From contig NC_092372.1 in assembly GCF_030028105.1 (NCBI RefSeq), positions 155,998,058 to 156,062,057 of the forward strand: a DNA stretch of 64,000 nt, in the 5' to 3' direction. Under the pieces are notes generated by a model that was not told the origin of the DNA, searched no databases, and was given only the letters and a program-made list of their open reading frames with translations. A program made the position numbers and the translations under genes. Position 1 is the first letter of the stretch. Each line of letters opens with the position of its first letter. The stretch comes from Mobula birostris. Its lineage: Eukaryota. This document shows, one piece after another, positions 39,521-51,564 of the stretch.

Positions 39521-40807
39521 AGAGCGCGAGATGCAGTTTGTTGTAAACTTCCAGTAGTTAACTTTCAGACACTGTTCATTGAATAAATAAAGTGTGAATT
39601 TTCATTAAATATGACATTGCTTTTGTTATTAATTTAATTAGAGGGAAATTGTTTAAGCTGTTCTTATGTCAGCTGATACCTAACACATAGTGCCATTCAA
39701 TGCAGACTAGTTGCTGAAAAGGGTGAGGCTTCTCACTCCAAAGCAAATAATGTCATTGTTTCAGTTTTTAATTAAGAGAATTATTTGGATTATGTTGAGC
39801 TGTCTGTCCATTATGCTGAAAGTGCACATAATGCATCAATGTTTAAGTCCAAAATTATACCATTATTGATGCAAACCAACTTGAATATTCGCTTTTTTTC
39901 ATTATTTTTGGGAAGTGGGAGTAGGGCCCCACATTAACTCTTGAAACGGGCCCCCAGATGCTTAAGGCCGCCTATACTACTGTGTAGAAGGACAAAAGAG
40001 GGAGGAAAAGGTAGATGATTTGAAAATTGGATAGAATAAAAAAAGAAAATACTGAACTTTTTATAGACTATAAGATAATGTTATATGTAACAAGAAAACA
40101 CGTGCAAGCTCCTTTCCAGATACTTTGAGCAAACCACCAGACACCCATCCATAGACATTTAGTGCACTGGAAGAAATAGAATGAATTTGCTGGCTCCAAA
40201 GTTCATGTGAATTTCAGAATATTTATAAAGCAGTGCATCGCCTGCATCTGACTCTGCTCTGTTCTATTTAAAGAGAGCATTAATTCTCATCCCTTTAGCA
40301 GTACAGGTGATTATGGTTTTAGAAATCCATCAGAGCTATATTCTGGCATTGAGGCATACAGCCAATGTTTGTAAATAATTTAAACATTATAGGCATTCTA
40401 TATTTAAGGAAACATTTAGAAAACGCAAATGTTACAATAAAGAAACAGTGGAATGACCAAATAAATCTGAGTCTTTTCAATTAAACAACGATGAACTTAT
40501 TAGCTTACTTAAGTAAATACTTTTTTAAAGCTTTGTAAAAATTTAACAAAGAATACGTTTAGTATTTTAAATATACTTAAGTTGCTTGTTTCTGTGCCAA
40601 ATAACAAAGATGAGAAGGGAAGAATCCTAATAGAAACAGAAAATACTTGTTTTTTGAACCTGTATTTGAGATTCAGTTCAAAACACTCTAAAATATGTTT
40701 TCAATAAGCTTTTTTTTTACCAATGCAGCATTGAGAAAGCAGTTACACCCAAATCAGTATTGTAATGCCCATGTGCAAATAAATTAACATTTTATTTATA
40801 TTTGCAG

Positions 40808-40926
40808 ATTACAGAAGTACCAACACAATTTGGAGTCTTTGCCACAGTGGCCTCAGCTCAAATTTTTGCTTGTGAGAGACAAATTATTCAGGGACTATAC
40901 TTCTGAATTAATCACATTTGAGAAAG
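40808..40926 (+). CDS. ABCA13: ABCA13-like exon
   Basis: atttgcAG / AG|GTAGGA; 119 nt, phase 2->1; (E)LQKYQHNLESLPQWPQLKFLLVRDKLFRDYTSELITFEK vs recalled human LQSLLQNLPQWPALKRFLQLDGALR (best single match). Confidence 0.92.
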
Positions 40927-42734
40927 GTAGGATGATTAATGTCATTCTGAGACTGGTTACTTTTATGAATAATTCTGGCTTCACAGTTATGGGAGGGCAC
41001 AGTTTACCAAAAAGTGCAGGAGTCCAGATTTTTTGGACTAAGTTTGAAATTACTCTGCAGCAAGAAGTTGGTATCATTCTCAGTTGTGATAGAGTCATCT
41101 GCATGTGAATGGGGCTTGTTTTGCTGCTGTTATATTGTTGCTTGAATTGTTGTTCTATGAACATGGTGGGGCTGCTAAGTTTGCACTGGAATGAGTAGTG
41201 ACACTTGTGGGCTACCCCCAGCACATCCTTGGTTTGTATTGGTTGTTAAGGCAAATGGCACATTTCACTGTATATTTCAATGTACATGTGTTAAATAAAA
41301 TAAAAATTAATCTGAGTCTAAAATGAAATGATGTAGAGTTCTACTTCTACCCTGCCGTGCATATTTGCACCAATCTTCTTGAAGCGTCTTCCTTCTTGAT
41401 ATTCATGCTTCGTGTTAAATCAGATTCGCCATACCCCTTGCCTACCTTACAGTGCCTCGGATCTCCTTTTGGCTCTTCGCTGAAACACTTTGCTGCTTTC
41501 TATTATTGTTCCAGTGTCCTCACTGCATCATTTCCCAAGCAGCTCTTCAATATCAATTGGCCACCACCTAACCATTCTACAGCCTCAGCAGCCCCCCTAT
41601 GCTCTAAATGTATCATTTCACTTGCAACTTCCAGCACATTTTCTCAGTACCTGTCATCTCTTGGTCCTGCAAAATCATCTCAGGCCTCCCTCTGAATTTC
41701 TCCCTTGCACCTTAATGCTATGGGCACACTCCTAGAGCTTCATTTATCAGAACTTTCTCCATCATCTCCTTTATCACAACCTCATGAGTCGCTTCTCACA
41801 CCATGATGGCTTCTCCTCTGTCCATCTGCTTCCCCTGTACTCAGTTCTCTCCTGAACATATTCAGTCAAAAACTTCTACCTCTTTGTAATGGCAGAAGAT
41901 TATGGAGGGTTTTTTGTACCTTTGTACTGAAGAGGAGTCTCATGAGCAATGAAATACTTGTTCCTTTTCCAGAGCGTTCTAGTTTGCTAAGAATCTTTGC
42001 CGTTCTTGCCACAGCAGTGTCTTCAGAAATCCAGCAGGTGGCAGTATATTAGTGTTTTTTCCAGATGATGTACAACCAATGACATAAAATACATCGTTGA
42101 TCAAATGGCTGTGTTTTTATTTTAATGATTCCTCAATTGGAATTCAGTTTTTAATGAGCTTCTAATAACTAATTCAAAGTATAATTCTGTTATTAGATTT
42201 GGGTAAAAATTTATCCACAGGCAATTGAACTAGTTCAAGTCCAAATACAAGTTTATTGTCAGAGTCAGGGTGTAAATGCTATGAAAATTAGCTTTCTGCA
42301 GCAGCATCACAGTGCATTACATGACAGGGACAAACAAAAGTTATAAAAAATAGCATAAATTATACATAATTTACACATTCCCAAAATAAATAACAAAATA
42401 AATGTAATGACACCAGTGCAAGTAGAATTGAATCAGGTTTAATATCATTGGCATGTGACGTGAAACTTGTTAACAGCAGCGGCAGTTCAATGCAATACAT
42501 AATCTAGAAGAGAAAAAAATAAAATGAAAATAATAATAAATAAGTCAATTACAATATATGTATATTGAATAGATTAAGAACATGCAAAAAACAGAAATAC
42601 TGTATATTTTAAAAAAAAGTGAGGTGGTGTCCAAGGGTTAAATTGTAACATGTTGGCAGTTATGTATTGTACCCCGGACCCAAAATCTATATCAACTCTT
42701 GTATTGCTTCTAGTGTTGGAGATGGAGAATAGGT

Positions 42735-43390
42735 AAATGTTACTCCATGCTTTAAGAAGTGAGGGAGGGAGGCAAAAGACTGGAAATTATAGGCTGGTTA
42801 CCCTGACTTCAGTGGATGGTAAGATTTTAGAGTCTATTATTAAGGATGAGGTTTCAGGGTACTTGGAAACACATGATAAAATAGGCCAAAGTCAGCACAG
42901 TTTCCTCAAGGGGACATCTTGTCTTACAAACCTGTTAGAATTCTTTGAGGAAGTAACAAGCAGAATAGACAAAGGAGAGTCAGTGGATATTTTTTACTTG
43001 GATTTTCAGAGGGCCTTTGACAAGGTGTCACACAGAGGCTGTATGTTATTACAGCAAAGTTACAAACATGGATAGTTTATGAAGTTGATAAGAATGATCC
43101 TGGGGATCATATTCCTGTTCTCTACATATAAGGAGCATTTGATAGCTCTGGGCCAGTATTTGCTGGATTTCAGAAGGACAAGGTGGGATCTCATTAAAAA
43201 CAACTGAACATCAAAAAGCCTAGATAGAACAGATGTAGAGAAGATGTTTCCAGTAGAAACTGTGAAATTTATTGCTACCAATGACTGTGCAGGCTGTCAT
43301 TGCAGAGGTTGATAGGTTCTTGATTAGTAAGAGTGTCAAAAGTTATGGTGAGAAGGCAGAATGGTGTTGAAAGGGAAAAGTAAATCAGTC
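42735..43390 (+). mobile_element. CR1-type LINE fragment, internally deleted
   Basis: GNYRLVTLTSVDGKILESII...SQHSFLKGTSCLTNLLEFFEEVT...YLDFQRAFDKVSH. Confidence 0.85.
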
Positions 43391-43394
43391 CTCT

Positions 43395-43971
43395 ACAGAT
43401 CTCTACAAAGTGAACCTAATTAATTACAAAAATAAAACACAAAATAATTGAATGCAAGATAACTCACCCCCTTCATGTCAGTATTTAGTAGATGCACCTT
43501 TGGCAGCAATTACAGCCTTGAATCTATGTGTATCTGGTCTTTGCACATCTGATATTTTGTCTTCATGGTGTAGTTTTTGCCAGGATACTGACTCACCAGC
43601 AGTTGGACCTTCCAGATACAGGTGTATTTTTACTACAATCAATTGAAGCACCTAGACTGCACACAGGTCTCCAAAATCAGATCTCTATTTAACTAATTAT
43701 GTGACTACTAAAACCAATTAGCTGCACCAGTGATGATTTGATGTGTCATATTAAAGGGGCGGGGGTGAATACTAATGCAATCAATTACTTTGTGTTTTAT
43801 ATTTGTAATTAATTTAGATTATTCTGTAAAGATCTGTTTTTACTTTGACATGAAAAAGTCTTTTTCTGTTGATCAGTGTCAAAAAAGCCAACTTAAATCC
43901 ATTGTGATTCAATGTTGTAAAACAGTAAAATATGAAAACTTCCAAGGGGTTGAATATTTTTATAGGCACTG
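43395..43971. mobile_element. Tc1-family (IR/DR-type) non-autonomous fragment
   Basis: Terminus ...ggggttgaatatttttataggCACTG (CAGTGCC end on minus); inner repeat ggggtgaatact ~43762 and aactcacccc ~43461; other terminus missing. Confidence 0.7.
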
Positions 43972-44131
43972 CATAGTCTTATGATATTTTCTCAACACTC
44001 TTATTAGCATTTCATAATAAAAGGATCCTAAAGGAATTGGATAACATTGTTGACTAGATATAAATCTTTCATTTCTGGAACTTGTGAAAATGTAACTCAA
44101 ACTGCTTTCTGCTCCCCCTTTTTATTTTCAG

Positions 44132-44232
44132 ATCTTTATATTCTGCTGAGGAAGGTGTACGCCAGCTTGGGTTTGAATGATGTGGATCGGATTATTATGG
44201 ATGTTGATATCCTAACATCAGAAATTAAAATG
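44132..44232 (+). CDS. ABCA13: ABCA13-like exon
   Basis: tttattttcAG / ATG|GTAAAC; 101 nt, phase 1->0; (D)LYILLRKVYASLGLNDVDRIIMDVDILTSEIKM. Confidence 0.83.
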
Positions 44233-45011
44233 GTAAACTAATGAAACCCCTATGAAAACACTGACAACCTGACTGATTACTGTCATGTATTTCTAGCTTC
44301 TTGCTTTGGATAGATTGTGATAGAATGATTTATAGTTGTTAATATCATTAGTTAAAAGAAGGACAATACATTTTCCTCATGTATTCAGTTACAGTTCTAA
44401 GCTTTCCTTTTGTAAACAGAGAACAGTAGAACCTAATGAAGGATTAACAAAACGCTTTAAGGATTGAGCTGTCATGGTAGGTTAGATATCCAGTCAGATG
44501 AATCTGTAACTTGTCTCTTTACTCTGTGTCCTATTGAAGGCCTCTTTGGTGTAGAACATTAATTAATTCTTTTTACAATTATTCACCTTATTTCACTTTC
44601 TTTTCTCTCTAATCTTTCCAGCACATTGCATAGTTGGATTACCTCCAGACTTTCAGTCTCTGTTCATTTATCTTCTGGACTCTTGTGTTTTTTTGTTAAT
44701 CTCTGATATTTTAATTGGAATTGTTAGTGTAGAAAGTCGTCCTCAACTGCTTCCACCACACAGAGATAAATAGTAGCAACATAGCTCTGTACTCCACTTC
44801 CAAAATGCTGCCCCATTCAGTCTGATGGAATTAGATTTAATGAGTGGAAAGCAGTGCCTCAGCTGCTACCATAAAGTTTTTTTTAGGTGCCATTTCAAGT
44901 TCAAGTTGATTATCATTCAACCGTATAGATATATACAGCTAAATGAAACAACGTTCTTCAGGGACCAAGGTGTAAAACACAGTACATATATCACATACAG
45001 CACATAAAATA

Positions 45012-45790
45012 ATCAAGTCAAGTCACTTTTTATTGTCATTTCAACCATAACTGCTGGTACAGAACATAGTAAAAATGAGACAACATTTTCCAGGACCATA
45101 GTGCTACATGAAACAATACAAAAACTACACTGAACTATGTAAGAAAAAACACAAAAACTACACTAGACTACAGACCTATCCAGGACTGCATAAAGAGCAG
45201 AAAACAGTGCAGGCATTACAATAAATAATAATAAATAATAAACAAGACAGTAGGCACAGTAGAGGGCAGTAGGTTAGTGTCAGTCCAGGCTCTGGGTATT
45301 GAGGAGTCTGATGGCTTGGGAGAAGAAACTGTTACATAGTCTGGTCATGAAAACCCGAATGCTTCGGTGCCTTTTTCCAGATGGCAGGAGGGAGAAGAGT
45401 TTATATGAGGGGTGCGTGGGGTCCTTCATAATGCTGTTTGCTTTGTGGATGCAGCTTGTAGTGTAAATGTCTGTGATGCTGGGAGGAGAGACCCCGATGA
45501 TCTTCTCAGCTGACCTCACTATCCGCTGCAGGGTCTTGCGATCCGAGATGGTACAATTTCCGAACCAGGCCATAATGCAGCTGCTCAGGATGCTCTCAAT
45601 ACAATCTCTGTAGAATGTGGTGAGGATGGGGGGTGGGAGATGGACTTTTCTGAGCCTTCGCAGAAAGTAAAGATGCTGCTGGGCTTTCTTTGCTATGGAG
45701 CTGGTGTTGAGGGACCAGGTGAGATTCTCCGCTAGGTGAACACCAAGAAATTTGGTGCTCTTAACGGTCTCTATGGAGGAGTCGTTGATG
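45012..45790 (-). mobile_element. Rex1/Babar LINE 3' fragment
   Basis: AWFGNCTISDRKTLQRIVRSAEKIIG...KDPTHPSYKLFSLLPSGKRHRSI; (GACTT)n tail. Confidence 0.88.
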
Positions 45791-45861
45791 TAACAGATAA
45801 AGAGAGTATTCTGTTAATGTACAAGTTGACACAAGTGCATATACAGCATATAGTTAAATAT

Positions 45862-48476
45862 ATGGGAGGAAATAGCAGTGGTACTTCATAAATACTTTAC
45901 TTCAGTATTCCCTGTGGAAAAGGATCTTGGTGATTGCAGTGATGATTTGCAGCAGACTGAAAAGCTTGAGCATGTAGATATTAAGAAAGAGGATGTGCTG
46001 GAGCTTTTGGAAAGCATCAAGTTGGATAGGTCGCCGGGACTGGATGAGATGTACCCCAGGCTACTGTGGGAGGCGAGGAAGGAGATTGCTGAGGCTCTGG
46101 CGATGATCTTTGCGTCATCAATGGGGACGGGAGAGGTGCCAGAGGATTGGAGGGTTGCGGATGTTGTTCCTTTATTCAAGAAAGGGATAGGGGTAGCCCA
46201 GGAAATTATAGACCAGTGAGTCTTACCTTAGTGATTGGTAAGTTGTTGGAGAAGATCCTGAGAGGGAGGATTTATGAACATTTGGATAGGTATAATATGA
46301 TTAGGAGTAGTCAGCATGGCTTTGTCAAGGGCAGGTCATGCCTTACGAGCCTGATTGAATTTTTTGAGGATGTGACTAAACACATTGATGAAAGAAGAAC
46401 AGTAAATGTCGTGTATATGGATTTCAGCAAGGCATTTGATAAGGTACCCCATGCAAGGCTTATTGAGAAAGTAAGGAGGCATAGGATTCAAGGGGACATT
46501 GCTTTGTGGATCCAAAACTGGCTTGCCCACAGAAGGCAAAGAGTGTTGTAGACGGGTCATATTCTGCATGGAGGTCGGTTACCAGTGGAGTGCCTCAGGA
46601 ATCTGTTCTGGGACCCTTAAGGCTGATTTATACTTGTGCGTACTAGCTTACGCCATAGCCTACGCAAGTGGGCTTTGCCGTTGTGAGCATATATACTTGT
46701 GCTTTGGTGTGTCTGCGTCGCTCTGTAATTCACCGCCAAAACGCTGGTTGGTGGTGGGGTTTCTATGCCACTGTGTTGAGTTTCTTCATGTTGAAACTCA
46801 ACACGAAGAAACTCAAATTTCAAACAATGGTGACTGAAACTGAAGGAGGGTGAATTTTCTGTGCTTGTCCAGCCACTGAGAGACATGGACAAGGAAATGC
46901 ATTTCAAATATTTTCGGATGTCGGCAGGTAGATTTGACGATTTGGCTCATCGTCTCCAACTATTTATTTCACATTAGTGTATGCACAGTATACTCAGAGA
47001 CTGGCAATCACCATTCGAGTTTAGGTTCAGGTGGAAGTCAACAGGCTGTAGCAGCTAGCTACAAACTGGCGTCAAACACAGGGTCCTCCATCATTTCGGA
47101 GGTCTGTAAAGCTTTATGGAAAACACTGCAGCCAGAGTACCTTCCCTGCCTTTCGGTTGCACAATGGGAAGCTATTGCAGCGAGGGAGGAAATGCGGTGC
47201 TACCAAGTGGACCAATCACAGTTGTTCGGTCTGCATCGCTGTGACGCGTAGTTACATTTTGGGAGAGGTGCGCGTTAGGCTACGGCGTAGGGTTGGCATA
47301 AAGTACAGCATAGGGTATGCAGCTACGCCGTAGCTGCGGCGTACATTTGACGCACAAGTATAAATCAGCCTTTACTCTTTGTGATTTTTATAAATGACCT
47401 GGATGAGGAAGTGGAGGGATGGGTTAGTAAATTTGCTGATGACACGAAGGTTGGAGGTGTTGTGGAGAGTGTGGAGGGCTGTCAGAAATTACAGTGGGAT
47501 AGTGATAGGATGCAAAACTGGGCTGAGAAGTGGCAGATGGAGTTCAACCCAAATAAGAGTGAAGTGGTTCATTTTGGTAGGTCAAATATGATGGCAGAAT
47601 ATAGTATTAATGTACTTGTGCTTGGGAGGTGTATGGAGAGATATGGTCTGTGTGCAGGTCAGTGGGACTAGGCAGAAAATGGTTCGGCACAGCCAAGAAG
47701 GGCCAAAGGGCCTGTTTCTGTGCTGTAGTTTCTATGGTTCTATGGTTCTAAAGACTCTTGGCAGTGTGGAGGATCAGAGGGATCTTGGAGTCTGAGTCCA
47801 TAGGACACTCAAAGCAGCTGTGCAGGTTGACTCTGTGGTTAAGAAGGCATACGGTGTGTCGGCCTTCATCGATCGTGGAAGTGAATTTAGGAGCCGAGAG
47901 GTAATGTTGCAGCTATATAGGACCCTGGTCAGACCCCACTTGGATTACTGTGCTCAGTTCTGGTCACCTCACTACAGGAAGGATGTGGAAGCCATAGAAA
48001 TGGTGCAGAGGAGATTTACAAGGATGTTGCTTGGATTGGGGAGCAGGACTTATGAGAATAGGTTGAGTGAACTCGGCCTTTTCTCCTTGGAGTGACGAAG
48101 GATGAGAGGTGACCTGATAGAGGTGTATAAGATGATGAGAGGCATTGATTGTGTGGATAGTCAGAGGCTTTTTCCCAGGGCTGAAATGCTTGCCACAAAG
48201 GACACAGGTTTAAGGTGCTGGGAAGTAGGTATAGAGGAGATGTCAGAGGTAAGTTTTTTACGAGGAGAGTGGTGAGTGCATGGAATGGGCTGCCAGCAAC
48301 GCTGGTGGAGGTGGATACGATAGGGTCTTTTAAGAGACTTTTGGATAGGTACATGGAGCTTAGTAAAATAGAGGGCTATAGGTAAGCCTAGTAATTTTAG
48401 GGACTTGCTTGGCACACCTCTGTGGGCTGAAGGGCCTTTACTTTGCTGTAAGTTTCCTGTAGTCCTATGTTTCTAT
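45862..48476 (+). mobile_element. CR1/HER1-type LINE, 5'-truncated, carrying two insertions
   Basis: Same family as 27775-32735 (PGNYRPVSL, YMDFSKAFDKVPH, KFADDTK, RPHLDYCAQFWSP); interrupted at 46620-47371 and ~47615-47750. Confidence 0.92.
46620..47371 (+). mobile_element. PIF/Harbinger non-autonomous deletion derivative (752 bp)
   Basis: Perfect 22-bp TIRs AGGCTGATTTATACTTGTGCGT; TTA TSD (46617-46619, 47372-47374); transposase N-terminal relic ([16 protein letters not shown]; [14 protein letters not shown]...[17 protein letters not shown]...QWEAIA); no DDE domain. Confidence 0.93.
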
Positions 48477-48479
48477 ACA

Positions 48480-48800
48480 ACAGAATTACCGCTACTGGTG
48501 CAGTCATAAATAACGTGTACTGTGTGTTAGCAGGGTGTTTAGGAGTCTCACAGCCCGGGGGAAGAAGCTGTTACCCAGCCTAACAGTCCTTGTTCTTGTG
48601 CTGCGATCCTTCTACCTGATGGTAGGAGGTCAAAGAAATTGTGTGACAGATGGGGAGGTGTCCTTGACAATGCTGAGAATACCAGGCTTCTGGTGTTTGT
48701 CCTGGTTGGGGGAGAGAGAGACCCTGGTGATCCTCTCAGCAGTCCTCACAATCCATTGCAGGGTCTTGCAGTCAGATGCCTTGCAATTCCCGTATTCCAC
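48480..48800 (-). mobile_element. Rex1/Babar LINE fragment, probable host of the 45-48 kb nest
   Basis: YGNCKASDCKTLQWIVRTAERIT; its 3' tail appears to be the segment at ~44895-45010. Confidence 0.7.
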
Positions 48801-49322
48801 ACAGTGCAGCGTTTTTGAAATTTGTCCCAGTGCAGTCAATGGAACTGAATTTTGGAGGCTGAACCCATTACTTTATTGGTGCATCTGGGATCCCATCAGT
48901 GATCAAAAGGCAGGTAGTTGAGGCTGAACCTTTGCTTGCCTTCTGCATTTGCCTCAATGTTTCAATCATTCTCAATGGTTTAACTGGCAAATAATAGGTG
49001 CTTTAATCGGTGAAATGAAGTCGAACATCAGCTTGCACCCCATCTCAAAGTTTCTTTGCCTTGCTGCCCCGAGGATTTGAGCTCAAGCTTGTTCTCACTT
49101 CCTGAAATCTTCTCAGGGACAGCAAAGTGCTGAATCGCTCATTCGATTCCAAACTGGAGGCTCTAACAATTCATGCTGCACCTGTAAATAACTGCCCACT
49201 CACTTACCTCATCCAAATTGTCTTTAAACATCCCAGTCAGAACTCAAATTCCCATTCATTTCTTTTCAGTAATGAATTTGGAATAGGAACCATATGTAAT
49301 ATTTCTTAGTTATTGACATATA

Positions 49323-49806
49323 CGCTCAGTGGCCACCTTATTAGGTACACTTGTACACCTGTTTGTTAATACAAATATCTAATCAGCCAATCTTGTGGCA
49401 GCAATTCAATGCATAGAAACGTGCAGACATGGTCGAGAATTGTTGTTCGGACCCAATAACCGAATGGGGAGGAAATGTGATTGAAGTGAATTTGACCATG
49501 GAAGATAGCTGGTGCCAGGCAGGATGATTTGAGTGTTTCAGACTCGGCTAATATTTTGGAAGTTTCACACACAACAGTCAATAGAATTTACAGAGAATGG
49601 TGTGAAACCAACAAAAAATCCAGTGAGCAGCAGTTCTGTTATGCAGAGAGGTCAGAGGAAAATAGCCAGACTGGTTCAAGCTGACAGGAAGGTGACAGTA
49701 ATTCAAATAGCCATGTCTTCAGTGGTGTGGCACTCTCAATGCACATGTCAAACCTTGAAGTGGATGGGCTACAACAGCAGAAGACCATGAACATGCCATG
49801 AGGGCA
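49323..49806 (+). mobile_element. Non-autonomous Tc1/mariner derivative, same family as 9211-9734
   Basis: TA|CGCTCAGTGGCCACCTTATTAGGTACAC left end; RGQRKIARLVQADRKVTV...TLKWMGYNSRRP. Confidence 0.82.
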
Positions 49807-50899
49807 TATTAAATAGTTGAGGTTCATGCACTGATTCTTGCAGTACCAATGACTGCTATCCCAAGAAAATTCTGTTTATTCCTATGATATCGCCCATCTG
49901 AAAGCCATCCATTTAGGATTGCTTTCAATTTTGGGTTAAAACTAGCATTACACAGAATGGTTTCCTTCTCAACGAATTTCCTTCTCAATGAGCCAGCAGA
50001 CAAATAATGGGTAGATGAGAAAATCTTGGTTCCAGGTATACTTGAACTTATCAATAGTGGATAATAATCTGTGGGACAGAAGAATTTTTCTTTTTTTCTT
50101 AAGCATCAGCAACGTTGATTTTGACAGGGTTGATCTATAGTAAATCTTTAAGATTTGGTGCGGCAGATTTTCTGAATATTGTGTATTGTTTTTATTAGTG
50201 ATATTCCTGGTATGATTTCCCTGTCAATCTGTGAAGTTTAAAGGAAACAGGGCCAGGTAAACTTAAAAGGAGTTCTGGAAACAACTAGTTAAGTTTATAG
50301 GGAACACTAGAAATGGGCCATAGTGAGTTTAGAGGTAGTTTTGGAGACAAGAACTGGGTATGATTAAAGGGTACATGGGAAACAGGGCCCTGATGTGGTT
50401 AATTTGAGCTCTAGAGCTTGCACCTGGTGAGTTAGGTACTGGATCATCAGGATTTCCAACCAAGTGCATGGCAGATTATCAGTGTTATCAAAGGATAACC
50501 ACAGTCAATCCAGTATCCATACACTATACATAGACATCCAAATTCTTATACTCAATGCAAAGTAAGCATACCAAATGTCTTTACCACTAATCAAACCAGC
50601 TGAATTAACAGTCTCAGGGAGCTGTCCAGCTTACGGGAGCATCATATATGCATGTGTGTGCATACACATGCCAACTGCTGATGGCTGAAATCCTGAGGGA
50701 CAGTGTTGAGTGAAAGTTTAGCAGATCTTGTCTACCTACCTATCTAAATAGGTAGGAGATAACAAGTGAAATCAGACCTTTTATTGAGACTCCCCTGTTG
50801 TATGTCAGAACCGTATTCAACCTGTGTCGAAGAGCATTGTTTTGACATTACATAAAGTATTTATTTTAAATAAGTATTTTTGTTTTATATCCTTTTTAG

Positions 50900-51085
50900 A
50901 TCTTGACCCAAAATACAACCGTCACATGCAATGATGTCATTTTGAAGCTGAAGGGTGTTCTCAATCTTCCAGAGGAGCCATTTTTAAATGATGCTTTAAC
51001 AACCATGACCTGTGGGCATCAGGGGCTCAGTGATCTCTGGAACTTTACCAAATATTTCCCATCCACCAGGAGGTGGATAGAAGTT
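50900..51085 (+). CDS. ABCA13: ABCA13-like exon
   Basis: cctttttAG / GTT|GTGAGT; 186 nt, phase 0->0; ILTQNTTVTCNDVILKLKGVLNLPEEPFLNDALTTMTCGHQGLSDLWNFTKYFPSTRRWIEV. Confidence 0.82.
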
Positions 51086-51564
51086 GTGAGTTGTAATTTA
51101 TGTAAACAATAGTGAAAATGAGTAACATATATTTGGATGGTTTGTAACTTCTTAGTGTGCAATACCTATTTTTGTAGCAAACATTCATCAACACTAACTG
51201 TATCTATTGCTATTTTAGAATAGAGAACTGGCTTTAGAAAATAAATTTTAAGTGAACCCATTTCCTGTCTGCATATAGTTTAGTATTATTGAAGTCTGTT
51301 CGCTGTTAGATGCATTTTGGGTCATCTGTTGGTATTTTGTTATGGCTGTGGAAAGGAGCCATATGCTACTCTTTGAACTAATGGGTAAGTTCACAGGGAA
51401 AGTCAAATTTCCACTCTATGGCCGTTAGCTCAAAAGCTGAAAAGCGATTTCAGACAACTACTGGAAATGATGGTACGTTAGAAGTATGACAAATATTTTA
51501 AAAATTAATTAAAATTTTACTCTTGGTTAGTCATACTGAAGGAAGATAGTTTTGAAAACTGGGA

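Larger units (their letters stand above)
36519..39976 (+). mobile_element. Full-length hAT DNA transposon (3458 bp)
   Basis: 8-bp TSD CTACTGTG at 36511-36518 and 39977-39984; TIRs (C/T)ATAGGCGGCCTTA; subterminal TGAAACGGGCCCC at both ends; internal transposase. Confidence 0.96.

Noticed and set aside
46848-47190. HARBI1-like host gene
   Set aside because: Short frameshifted relic inside TIRs, no catalytic domain.
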